Positions 16,524-25,752 of a stretch of DNA of 43,842 nucleotides are shown piece after piece; within the stretch, counting starts at the first letter, position 1; every line of letters starts with the position of its first letter. The stretch spans positions 1 to 43,842 of the IMG/VR virus record IMGVR_UViG_3300037422_000119, one strand, 5' to 3'. The position numbers and the translations under genes are program-made. The stretch comes from a virus (taxonomy: Duplodnaviria; Caudoviricetes). Under the pieces are notes generated by a model. That model did no database searches and had not been told where the DNA came from. It saw only the letters and a list, made by a program, of their open reading frames with translations.

Positions 16524-17028
16524 GATCGCGCTGAACGAGGAAGTTGTGTCGCTACCGGCCGCCAAGACTCACGGCGGCACGCCGGTCAACGTGCTGGTGC
16601 GCTCTGTTTCGATTCCAGTGCTCGTGCCGATCATCCAAGGATTGCCGGACGACGTTGGTCAGGTCGCCGAAAACGAGGCACGCACCGCGAAGGACAGCGC
16701 TCGGCGCGTGCTTGAGTGGTATGGCCCGGCACGCGACCTCGCCAAACACGGCGTCAGCGAGCAGTTCTACTTCGATGAAAAGGAAGAAGGCAAAGCGTCC
16801 TATGACATGCTGACCCTGCCGGATCAGGCGGCGATCTTCGCTGCAATCCTGCGCGTGTCAGGGTGGAGTGGTGAACAGACGCGCGACCTTCGCCGATTTC
16901 ATCCTTCAGACGGAGGCGGGGGGAGCATGGGCGAACGACCTAGTGACGGTATGTCGGATGACGACACCGCCGAGCCAGAGGATCGCCCTTGGCCTCGCGT
17001 TGTCGGAGGCGGAAGCACTAAGGCTTGA
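16495..17028 (+). CDS. Tail assembly chaperone (gpG-like)
   Basis: Between tail tube and tape measure; low-complexity tail after RRF. Confidence 0.7.
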   Translation: MDLKPTPANEIALNEEVVSLPAAKTHGGTPVNVLVRSVSIPVLVPIIQGLPDDVGQVAENEARTAKDSARRVLEWYGPARDLAKHGVSEQFYFDEKEEGKASYDMLTLPDQAAIFAAILRVSGWSGEQTRDLRRFHPSDGGGGSMGERPSDGMSDDDTAEPEDRPWPRVVGGGSTKA

Positions 17029-17146
17029 CCTGGCTTTTGTGCGAGCACAGCGCGAATATCGCACGTGGCTGGTCAAGAATGTTCTGAAAGACGCTGGCGC
17101 GAGCGGGCAGGTAGCGCTGCTCGCACAGCTTTACATCGAGGGTTAG
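16898..17146 (+). CDS. Frameshift extension of tail assembly chaperone (gpT-like part)
   Basis: Overlapping +1 frame with no good own start, ending 3 nt before tape measure ATG; TPPSQRI...LRLDLAF; candidate slip site CGA-TTT-C at 16894-16900. Confidence 0.6.
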   Translation, partial: FILQTEAGGAWANDLVTVCRMTTPPSQRIALGLALSEAEALRLDLAFVRAQREYRTWLVKNVLKDAGASGQVALLAQLYIEG

Positions 17147-17149
17147 ACG

Positions 17150-20100
17150 ATGCCCGGTCCCGGCGTTCAGATCGTCATCGAGGCAATCGACAACGCCACG
17201 CGCGGCATTGTCCAAGCGGACCGCCTCATCGGCCAGCTTGGGAATACCGCCGACGCGACCGCGCCGCGCTTGGCTGGACTAAGTTCAGCGCTCGGGCAAG
17301 TCGATGCTGCTGGCAATGCGCTGTCTGGTTCGCTACGCGCGACCGGATTAGATCGGACGGCGGCCGACATTGCCGGACTCACGACAGCGACTTCGACTTA
17401 TACTTCCGCCGCCACGGGAGCCGCTGGTGCCACGCAATCGCTGACCGGAGCACTGGGATCGGCCTCTGGCTCGTGGCGCGTCATCAACTCATCCACGCAA
17501 CAAGCAGCGGGCAGCATGTCGGTCATCAATCAACAGATGACCGCAATGGGTGGTTCGGCGGCCGGCGTTCGCGCTGCTGCTCAAGCTAATCAGCAACTAG
17601 CGGCCAGCGCCGCAGTAGCGGCCGGAGCAATGCGCGTGACTGCCGGCAGTAACGCTGCCGCTGCATTGGCGGCCGGAGCGAGCGCGCGCCAGTTTACGGC
17701 AATGTCTCAAGCCGTGAGCGCGGTGTCTCCACAACTCGGAGCCGCTGCGGTACAGGCCACAACGTTCGCATCGGCATTCGCTGGTGCTAGTCCGGCGCTC
17801 GTTGCCGCCGGTGCTGGAATCGCCGCCGTGTCCGCAAACCTGGTCGTGCTCGGCGCAGCGATTGGCGAAGTGAAACGCATCGCCGACCTTGGAGAAGAAC
17901 TCGACAAGCTGCGACAACGCACCGGGCTTACGGCCAGCGAAATCGACGGCCTGCGTCTAGCGTCGAAGGATATGAACATTGACTTCACCACAATCACTAC
18001 GGGTTTGCGTTTGTTCAACAAGAACCTTGCCGAAGGTGATCCGACTCTCGCGCGCATCGGCATTACGGCGACGACGACGGGAGACGCGCTGCGTCAGCTT
18101 GCGGACATCTTCGCGCGTACGGCCGATGATGAAAACAAGGTTCTAGTCGCCACAACGCTGCTCGGCCGCGCCGGTGATCAGCTTATCCCGTTCCTGAACC
18201 AAGGCGCAGAAGCATTTGACAGGTACACCGTCACGGCACGCGAACTCGGAACCGGGCTCGGCAGCAGCGCAGAACTGGCGGCACGAGCCGACGCTGCGTT
18301 TGATCAACTAAGTCGCGCAGCCGAGGGTTTGCGGAACAGCATTGGCATTCGATTGCTCCCGTATGTCACGTCGCTCGTCGAGGGTTTGGGCAATCTGGTT
18401 GAGACGGCCGCCAAGGTAGCCAACCTAGGCTTCGGCGATATCGACATTGCGCCCAGTCCCAATAAGGCCGCTGAAGCCGGACGAGTTTACGGCGAGGAAT
18501 ACACAAAGGCCGTCGAGCAGGCGATCCTAAACTCGGTCTTTGGTCGTGGCGGATTCGAGCTACCGTCGCCGAAGTCCTTCGGAATGTTGTCGGCGCATGA
18601 GTTCAAGCCGTCAATCACGCCGCCGCCATCCAATGAAGAGGTTGAGTTTGAAAAACAGCTAAGGGATCTCGGTCGCGCAATCCGCGAACTCGAACGGCCC
18701 CCAGATTTCACGGCGCTCGTCGATGGGTTCTTGGCCGGCACGCGCTCGGCCGCTGACCTACTGCGCGCAACCGGCAGCGTGCAAGAAGCTATGATCCAAC
18801 TAGAAGCGGCCGGTGGTCGGGCCGTGCTTGCACTTGCCGAAGGATTGCGCCAGGCGAGCACGCAAACATTCCCCGACGAGTTCGGCAAGGTTCAAATCAG
18901 GTTGATTCCGCCTGACGACATTGGGCCGCTGGCGCGCGCCATGTCGGCTGCGCTATCAGAAGAAATGGCCATCGATCTTTCACAGGTTGACATACGTGGT
19001 GCAGAGGACTTGCGCCGCCGACTTGAAGATGCCACGCGCGGTGCGCTCGTGCTCGAACAAGTGCCGGTGCCGAAAGCTGAACCACTGCCCGAAGACGTTA
19101 GCTTTGGCGATAGCCTCCAATCGGCACTACTCGAAGCCCGCCTAGCAATGGAAGAAATCCTCGAAGTAGGGACCGTCGTTCGTGAGTCACTTCAATCCGT
19201 GTTCGCCGGCCTTGAAGTTGGCATCGGGAGGGTGTTCGCGGGCGTCATGTCGGGGGCGGGAACGTTCCGGTCGGCGTGGCAGGCGCTGTGGAAATCGGTC
19301 GTAGACTACGCGCTTGCGCAACTCGCGCGGATCATTGCGGCAAAGGCATTCGAGGCGATAGTGAACATTCTAAGCGGTGGCAGTATTGGCGGGGGCGGCG
19401 GAGCCGTTCTGTCTGCGTTCAGCATTACGGCTGCACGCGAGGTGCCGAAACCGGCACCGCAGGGACGTACCGATTTCTCGGCTCGGCCAATACAGGTGGA
19501 CGTTCCGGCGGTTCCGCCGATCGCCGTGGCTGCGCCGACTTCGCTTGCGGTCGATGCGCCGGAATCGATTCCGGTTATTGCGCCGCGTTCCATTGCGGCA
19601 ACGGTCACTATGCGCGCGCCCGTTATCCCGATACTGCGCGCGCCGGCGATTGCACCGATACAGGTGGACCGACCCGCGCCGGTCCAGGTCAGGATTGCAC
19701 CGATTCGCGTTGCCGTACCCGATCTAATCCCGATTGCAGCGCCGCCAGCGTTACAGGTCGCACCCATTCGGCCACTGGCCGTCGAGCGCGTGCCTCCGAT
19801 CGAGGTTGACGCGCCCGACCAAATCGGGGTCGAAAGCATTCGACCGATCACGGTATCCGTGCCACGGATTGCCGTTACTGCACCGCGCTCGATCCCGGTT
19901 GAAACGCCGCGCGTCATCGATAGCTCGCCCGTTCGATTGCCGCAAGCCATCGCCCCGGTCGCACCGCGTCCGATCCTGGTGGCAGCGGCAGCCAGGATTC
20001 CGATTCAACCCATTCAACGGTTTCAGCGCGTAATCGAGGTCGAACGGCGGACGGAGCGGCGGCCGGAAAACGTCCGACCAGAAGATCGTCGGCGCGAGCC

Positions 20101-20233
20101 GCAAGTGATCGATCAACGCACGTTTGTATTTCCGAGTTACAACCCGCGCGACGTGTTCCTCGATGCCGTCAGCCAGGGCGGGAATATGCGCCGCGCCTTC
20201 GACCGCATTGCGATTCACGAGGCCAGGCAATGA
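17150..20233 (+). CDS. Tape measure protein
   Basis: VQIVIEAIDNAT start, Ala-rich helices, LRQRTGL...LLGRAGDQLIPFLNQG core; Pro-rich repeat block near C-terminus. Confidence 0.9.
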   Translation: MPGPGVQIVIEAIDNATRGIVQADRLIGQLGNTADATAPRLAGLSSALGQVDAAGNALSGSLRATGLDRTAADIAGLTTATSTYTSAATGAAGATQSLTGALGSASGSWRVINSSTQQAAGSMSVINQQMTAMGGSAAGVRAAAQANQQLAASAAVAAGAMRVTAGSNAAAALAAGASARQFTAMSQAVSAVSPQLGAAAVQATTFASAFAGASPALVAAGAGIAAVSANLVVLGAAIGEVKRIADLGEELDKLRQRTGLTASEIDGLRLASKDMNIDFTTITTGLRLFNKNLAEGDPTLARIGITATTTGDALRQLADIFARTADDENKVLVATTLLGRAGDQLIPFLNQGAEAFDRYTVTARELGTGLGSSAELAARADAAFDQLSRAAEGLRNSIGIRLLPYVTSLVEGLGNLVETAAKVANLGFGDIDIAPSPNKAAEAGRVYGEEYTKAVEQAILNSVFGRGGFELPSPKSFGMLSAHEFKPSITPPPSNEEVEFEKQLRDLGRAIRELERPPDFTALVDGFLAGTRSAADLLRATGSVQEAMIQLEAAGGRAVLALAEGLRQASTQTFPDEFGKVQIRLIPPDDIGPLARAMSAALSEEMAIDLSQVDIRGAEDLRRRLEDATRGALVLEQVPVPKAEPLPEDVSFGDSLQSALLEARLAMEEILEVGTVVRESLQSVFAGLEVGIGRVFAGVMSGAGTFRSAWQALWKSVVDYALAQLARIIAAKAFEAIVNILSGGSIGGGGGAVLSAFSITAAREVPKPAPQGRTDFSARPIQVDVPAVPPIAVAAPTSLAVDAPESIPVIAPRSIAATVTMRAPVIPILRAPAIAPIQVDRPAPVQVRIAPIRVAVPDLIPIAAPPALQVAPIRPLAVERVPPIEVDAPDQIGVESIRPITVSVPRIAVTAPRSIPVETPRVIDSSPVRLPQAIAPVAPRPILVAAAARIPIQPIQRFQRVIEVERRTERRPENVRPEDRRREPQVIDQRTFVFPSYNPRDVFLDAVSQGGNMRRAFDRIAIHEARQ

Positions 20234-20994
20234 GCAATACGCGGTTTTCGGCCACCAATCATTGCGTAACCGGAACAATCAGCACGCGGACGAATGAAGA
20301 TGCATCTGGCGTCACCGAGTCGGCCATCGACTATGACCGCTATACGTCTTTTCTCATGGCGGCGACCGGTGAGTTCCGAGTTCACGTTGATCTGGGTTCC
20401 GCGAAATCGGTCAAGGTCATGGCCGTGCGCAATCTCAAGCTGATTTCAGGCGTGCCGTCGGCGAATATGCTGGTCCAATCTTCGACCGATAACGCGACGT
20501 GGACGACGCGAGCAACGTTCAGCGCGTCGCAACTGCTGGCCAATGTCTACTATGGCGACGTTTTTGCCGAACTCGCGGCACCGATCAGCGCTCGTTATTG
20601 GCGCTTCAACATTACTAGCGGACCGCGTTATTCGTGCGGCGGCGTTTGGCTCGGCGACGCCTACACGGTGGACTTCGGCATGTCATTCACACGCCAGGAA
20701 GCGATGCAACACAATGTGCGCGCGGTCCAGCAAATGATCGGCGGGCAACTTGTCCAGCAACACTTGGGCAATCCATACGAAACGATCGCGATCGTTGCCG
20801 AGGCGGTTCCGCAATCGATCGTCGATGCTTGCAAGGCGTTATCGTTTTTTACAACTTCGTTCATGTACTTCGACGCACTCGACGTTGCACGCGAAGTCGT
20901 CGTTGCAACGGATGGATTTCGCTATAACACGTCCTTCCTCTCGGGCACCACAGCCTACTACGACATCGTGCTTGAACTACGGCAACTCAACTAA
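20230..20994 (+). CDS. Distal tail-like protein with discoidin (F5/8 type C)-like domain
   Basis: VDLGSAKSV...QSSTDNATWT...ARYWRFNIT; directly after tape measure. Confidence 0.7.
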   Translation: MSNTRFSATNHCVTGTISTRTNEDASGVTESAIDYDRYTSFLMAATGEFRVHVDLGSAKSVKVMAVRNLKLISGVPSANMLVQSSTDNATWTTRATFSASQLLANVYYGDVFAELAAPISARYWRFNITSGPRYSCGGVWLGDAYTVDFGMSFTRQEAMQHNVRAVQQMIGGQLVQQHLGNPYETIAIVAEAVPQSIVDACKALSFFTTSFMYFDALDVAREVVVATDGFRYNTSFLSGTTAYYDIVLELRQLN

Positions 20995-23900
20995 TGGCCA
21001 GCAACGCGGCGACCGCCAACTTTCTCACGACGTGGCGACAAGTCGCCTCGCGCCAGCCGTGCCTTCTGGTCAAGATCGACCTAACGGTGCCGTCGGCGAA
21101 GTCGATCTATTTGGCCGATACTTGGGTCCGCACGCCAGACGGCATCACGTGGGATTCCGTAATCGTGTCGGCCGACGCGATTCGCGCGGATCACGGCGTC
21201 TTGTCGCCAGGACCAAACCTGTGCTCGGCGTCAATCGTGGTTGCGAGCAGGCGAAAGCTATCGTGGCAAACCGCGCTCAACGATACGATCATTGACGTGA
21301 TGCAAGATTGGCTGTGGGAAGGCGCGGCGGTCACTATGTACCTTTGGGACAAGAAACTTACGAGCACCGCCGACCGGCTCCAAGTCTTCTCTGGTATTGT
21401 GGACGAACTCCGCATAACGAATGAGACATCAAAACTAGATTTTGTGCAGCGCCAAAGCTGGCGCGTGAACATTCCGAGAACACATTCGTCAATAGATAAT
21501 CCCGAGTTTTTTGTCCCCATTGTCTATGGCGACCATTTGGCCGAACCGGCCCAAGAAGGCGTGTTTGCTCCGGGTGACACGTATAACGATGTCGGCCGCT
21601 TTCACGACATGGGCGGCGGCCTGTTCGCGGTTCCTGGCATCGCGATCGACAAAAAGCAACAAGTGTTCCAGTTCGCTTCCCATTACTGTAACGCCTTCGG
21701 CGAAGCCAACACCGGCACTCCGCGCACGCCGATTTTTATTGCTGGAAGTAAGGTGCTCGCGCATGTTCAGCCTGGACTTGGCGAACTGTTCAATGATCCC
21801 GTGGGAATGCCGCCCGGACAGGGCTCGGCGTTCCCGTCGAATGTTCCCGGAGCATTCTGGCAAGCACCGACTGCCGGCGATTCAAGCCCACCGTGGGCCG
21901 TGGTCGGAATCCTCCCGGTAGCCGTTCGCACAGGAACCGGATTGACCACTTGTCTCAATCCCGGCAACGCACTCGACATTTTCGATGGCGTAAAGTACGC
22001 AACGCTATCGACGGGTCAGACGCGACTTCAGCTTGCAATGCCCGACGTTGCTACGCTAGGGCAAATCACCTCGGCATTCCTGTACGTCATTCACCAAGGA
22101 TCGCCGGTGCAAATGTCTTATTCGCAGGGCATGAGTTACGTTTTGTCAGCTAATCGCACAACGTTTGCCGGAATCGAGAAAGTCAACATCACGCCCTACG
22201 TCAATAATGATTGGCGCTTCGGCGCTGAAGACTTGAGCACTGATATTCTAATAAACTGCGCGTCAGGCTCGGCTAAGATTTACGGAGCAGCAATCGTCGT
22301 CGAATATCGGCCCACCGCAACGTTGGTTGCTCCTGAATCGCGACGGCTATTAGACCCGCCGCAGCTTCGCAACGTCCCTTCGCAAAACTCACCGAGCGGC
22401 TATATGACGGTGCATCGCTGGAATGAACCCATGTCACCTGCGATCTATGAAACCGACTCTGTGGCTTACGCAAACCTGAAGGGCTATCAAGACGACGGCT
22501 CGGGAACCTATACGGGCAGTGCAGCCGGATTGATCGAGAACGCGCCCGACATCGCGCACCACATCTTGCGCACTTATGGCGGACTCGCAGCGTCAGACAT
22601 TGAACTAGGGGCAAGCGCATTCGGCTCTTTCGTTGTCGCGCGGTCGTCAATCCGTAGAGGACAGCTTGAGCCATGGCGCATGGCGGTCCATATCGGTCGA
22701 TCTATGCAACTCAATGACGTGCTCGCTGACATTGCGAGACAATCGGCGAGCAACTACTTCATCGACCGTTTTACGGGCAAGTTTGTCTGGCTGCCGTGGG
22801 ATTCAAGCATGCAAGCCGACTACGATCTTACGATCAAGGCCGAGCACTTGGCCGGTCCCGTTGAACTGATTCGACCAAGCAGTGAGGGCGTGGTTCAACG
22901 CGTGCGCGTTTCCTATGGGATGGACTACTTCAGGGGTCGAACAATGCGCGAGTCGGTCGTGTCGGACGTTGAGGGCGACGACGAGAAGCCACAAACATCG
23001 GTGGGCACGCTCGCCGATGATTACATCATTTATTACTACGGCAGCACTCTGCGCGAGGCGATTCCCGCCGGAACTTATACGCAGATCGATTACGCGGCGG
23101 CTGTCCGCCAAACATTGGCGACACCGTTCGGTGGCGAAGACGATTCGACTATCATGGTCGGACACGGCTTCACCGTGAAAGCGGGCTACAACGACAAGCT
23201 GAACTTTTCGGACGCGGGCGCTACGTTACGCGTAGCGACATTGACCGCAGGTAAATACACGGCGGTTTCATTCGCAGCCGAAGCTAAGCGCGCGCTGGAA
23301 GCCGCATACAGCGGCATCACTTGGACAATCACCTACAACTTCGGCACCTGTTACTGGTCAATCAAGGCGAGCACGAACGCAACGCTGCGACCGGCAACCG
23401 GGGCCAATCGCAATACGAGCGGTTGGGGCATCCTCGGTATGCGCTCGGATCGCACGCTGACTGCAAACGTAGCGGTTACGTCAGACCACTTTATTTGCGC
23501 CGATCGCTTCTGGCTCTGTCAGTATCGCAACGACACGAGTGGCAACTTTATCTTGTCGAACGGCATCGACGGACCCGAGATCAACGATGCCGGCAAGCGC
23601 ATGGGGTTCCCGTTCGGCTCGACGGCAAGCCTTTCATTTCATGTCGCGAAGTATACGCGCGGAGATCGACGTGCCGCCGCTGCATCATCAAAGGCAATCT
23701 ATGGCGAACAGGAAGAAATGGCCGTGACGGCGCAATGGGTTCGCGATGATCGCGTTGCAAGCCGACTCAGGAATGCCTTATTTGATTCACTGAACAGCCA
23801 AGCGCGTGTCGTGCATTTCAGGACGCAGCATTGCCCGGACGTGCGTCGAGGTGCTGTATTGACGTTCGACTTGGGTTCGCTCGTGCGCTGGCCCGCCTAC

Positions 23901-24005
23901 GGCGGGACGGCCTCATGGATCGGGCGTAGATTTCGCGTCATCAATGTGCTTCAGTACTTGACGCCAAGTTGGGAAACAGAGATCACGGCGGTTGAACTGT
24001 TGTAA
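20994..24005 (+). CDS. Tail tip / baseplate hub protein
   Basis: VFSGIVD, VPIVYGD, LIENAPDIAHHIL hub-like motifs; 1003 aa; position. Confidence 0.75.
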   Translation: MASNAATANFLTTWRQVASRQPCLLVKIDLTVPSAKSIYLADTWVRTPDGITWDSVIVSADAIRADHGVLSPGPNLCSASIVVASRRKLSWQTALNDTIIDVMQDWLWEGAAVTMYLWDKKLTSTADRLQVFSGIVDELRITNETSKLDFVQRQSWRVNIPRTHSSIDNPEFFVPIVYGDHLAEPAQEGVFAPGDTYNDVGRFHDMGGGLFAVPGIAIDKKQQVFQFASHYCNAFGEANTGTPRTPIFIAGSKVLAHVQPGLGELFNDPVGMPPGQGSAFPSNVPGAFWQAPTAGDSSPPWAVVGILPVAVRTGTGLTTCLNPGNALDIFDGVKYATLSTGQTRLQLAMPDVATLGQITSAFLYVIHQGSPVQMSYSQGMSYVLSANRTTFAGIEKVNITPYVNNDWRFGAEDLSTDILINCASGSAKIYGAAIVVEYRPTATLVAPESRRLLDPPQLRNVPSQNSPSGYMTVHRWNEPMSPAIYETDSVAYANLKGYQDDGSGTYTGSAAGLIENAPDIAHHILRTYGGLAASDIELGASAFGSFVVARSSIRRGQLEPWRMAVHIGRSMQLNDVLADIARQSASNYFIDRFTGKFVWLPWDSSMQADYDLTIKAEHLAGPVELIRPSSEGVVQRVRVSYGMDYFRGRTMRESVVSDVEGDDEKPQTSVGTLADDYIIYYYGSTLREAIPAGTYTQIDYAAAVRQTLATPFGGEDDSTIMVGHGFTVKAGYNDKLNFSDAGATLRVATLTAGKYTAVSFAAEAKRALEAAYSGITWTITYNFGTCYWSIKASTNATLRPATGANRNTSGWGILGMRSDRTLTANVAVTSDHFICADRFWLCQYRNDTSGNFILSNGIDGPEINDAGKRMGFPFGSTASLSFHVAKYTRGDRRAAAASSKAIYGEQEEMAVTAQWVRDDRVASRLRNALFDSLNSQARVVHFRTQHCPDVRRGAVLTFDLGSLVRWPAYGGTASWIGRRFRVINVLQYLTPSWETEITAVELL

Positions 24006-24053
24006 GATAAACCCGGCGCAAGAGTCGCCAAAAAACCACACGGAGGTGTTCCA

Positions 24054-24551
24054 ATGTCTATCGTTTTCAACATCGCGAAGCAGCGGCTCATGAATGGACT
24101 GCTCGACCTGGACTCGGACACGATCAAGGTTTCGCTCGCGAATAACACGTACACGGCTCCGTCCGATGCGGCTTTCGCTGACTATGACACGTTGGCGGCC
24201 ATCTACACGGGTACGATTCTCCAGGAGGCCACGGGCACCGGCTATACTGGCGGCGCTGGTGGTTCCGGTCGCAAAACGCTCGCCTCGGTATCGGTGGACG
24301 TGGACGACGCAAATAATCGATCCGTATTCAAGGCGGCCGACGTGCTGTGGGATGACGGTCCCGGCATCAGCGCCGGCACGATTCAGGGCGCACTGGTGTA
24401 CGAGCACGGTTCGGGGTCCGATGACTCGCTCAACATCCCGATTTGTTGGGTGAACACGGGTGGTTTCCCGATCGTCACGAATGGCGGTTCGCTCAAGATC
24501 AAGTGGGCCGAGAATGCGTCCGGTATCGGCGTAGTCATCATCCTGTCGTAA
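24054..24551 (+). CDS. Minor tail structural protein (paralog A)
   Basis: GGAGGT SD; DLDSDTIKVSL...EATGTGYTGG...FPIVTNGG. Confidence 0.75.
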   Translation: MSIVFNIAKQRLMNGLLDLDSDTIKVSLANNTYTAPSDAAFADYDTLAAIYTGTILQEATGTGYTGGAGGSGRKTLASVSVDVDDANNRSVFKAADVLWDDGPGISAGTIQGALVYEHGSGSDDSLNIPICWVNTGGFPIVTNGGSLKIKWAENASGIGVVIILS

Positions 24552-24556
24552 GGAAG

Positions 24557-25408
24557 ATGCTGACCGCACTTCTTGGGGGCGGAGCCGGCCGCGTATATGC
24601 AGTCGGCTTCGTATCCTCTGCGACTTCGGGCACCGACTTGGTCGCGAACGCCTCGCCCGGCGGCGACGGTGCGTGGACGGAACTTACGTCGGCGACACCT
24701 GACGAGTTCCACGCCATTCACTTGTTGTCGCATTACGGGGGATCGACTACCGGACGCGGAATCATCGACGTGGCCATCGGTCAATCCGGATCAGAGCGCA
24801 CCATCATCGAGGGCTTGCCGTTTGCGCACATGAACTCAAATATTAGATCAAGCGCGTGGCGCATCTCGATGCCGCTTTATATTCCTTCGGGTTCGCGCAT
24901 CGCTGCGCGAGTTCGCCGCTCGGACACTGCATCATTGCGCAATCGCCTAATGATGCTCGGCGAAACCTTACCTATTCGCGGGATTCCGCCCTTCCGTCGC
25001 TGCACCACCTATGGCCTTGACGTTACCAATGCGCGCGGCACACAGGTGTCGCCCGGCGGGACCGCCAACACACAGGGCAGCATCACGGAAATCGTCGCCA
25101 GCACGACCAATCCGATTCGCGCACTGCACGTTATCGCAATGAAACGCGACGGCGTCGCTACCGCAGGCAACAACAGCACGGCGCTTCAAATCCTGATCGG
25201 CGCGGCAGGTTCAGAGGTCGAGCTTATCCCCGAGCATATGGCATGGGAGATTCATTCAAGCTGCGACGTAAGTTCTTGCTTCGGGCTCGGCATCGGGCCG
25301 TTCCCGGTGAATGTTCCCGCTGGCTCGCGGTTGTCTGCGCGTGCGCGTTGCAGCGGCGCGACGGTGGGCGAGATCGAGGGGCAGGTCATGTTCTTGGGGC
25401 TCGACTGA
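24557..25408 (+). CDS. Minor tail protein with two internal repeats
   Basis: Twice: GxxTExxxxT...IxIGxxGSExxxI...PxxIPxGSRxxARxR. Confidence 0.7.
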   Translation: MLTALLGGGAGRVYAVGFVSSATSGTDLVANASPGGDGAWTELTSATPDEFHAIHLLSHYGGSTTGRGIIDVAIGQSGSERTIIEGLPFAHMNSNIRSSAWRISMPLYIPSGSRIAARVRRSDTASLRNRLMMLGETLPIRGIPPFRRCTTYGLDVTNARGTQVSPGGTANTQGSITEIVASTTNPIRALHVIAMKRDGVATAGNNSTALQILIGAAGSEVELIPEHMAWEIHSSCDVSSCFGLGIGPFPVNVPAGSRLSARARCSGATVGEIEGQVMFLGLD

Positions 25409-25409
25409 T

Positions 25410-25742
25410 ATGGCGATCTCATCGAAGGCTAGCGGCTCAACGCTCATGATCTTGAATACCGACGTAACGTTGGCGACGATTTCGACGGCAGGAGTTTATG
25501 TCATCAACATCGACACGAACCCGATCGCCAACGGTGAAACTCTGATCTTGATCGTCGAGAAAAAGGTACTCACGGGCAGTACGCGGCGCATCATTGACCG
25601 TATCGTCGTCGCCTACAACGCCGGGCTCGCTCCGGTCGTTGAGGACAAGCCGCGCGAGTCGCTTTACGAACTTGTTTATAAGCTACGCCAAGAGGGCGGG
25701 ACAGCACGAACGATTGATTGGAATGCGATCCAACTAGCCTAG
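25410..25742 (+). CDS. Small virion structural protein
   Basis: Beta-rich; LRQEGGTARTIDW C-terminus; inside tail cassette. Confidence 0.65.
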   Translation: MAISSKASGSTLMILNTDVTLATISTAGVYVINIDTNPIANGETLILIVEKKVLTGSTRRIIDRIVVAYNAGLAPVVEDKPRESLYELVYKLRQEGGTARTIDWNAIQLA

Positions 25743-25752
25743 GGACGGGCTC

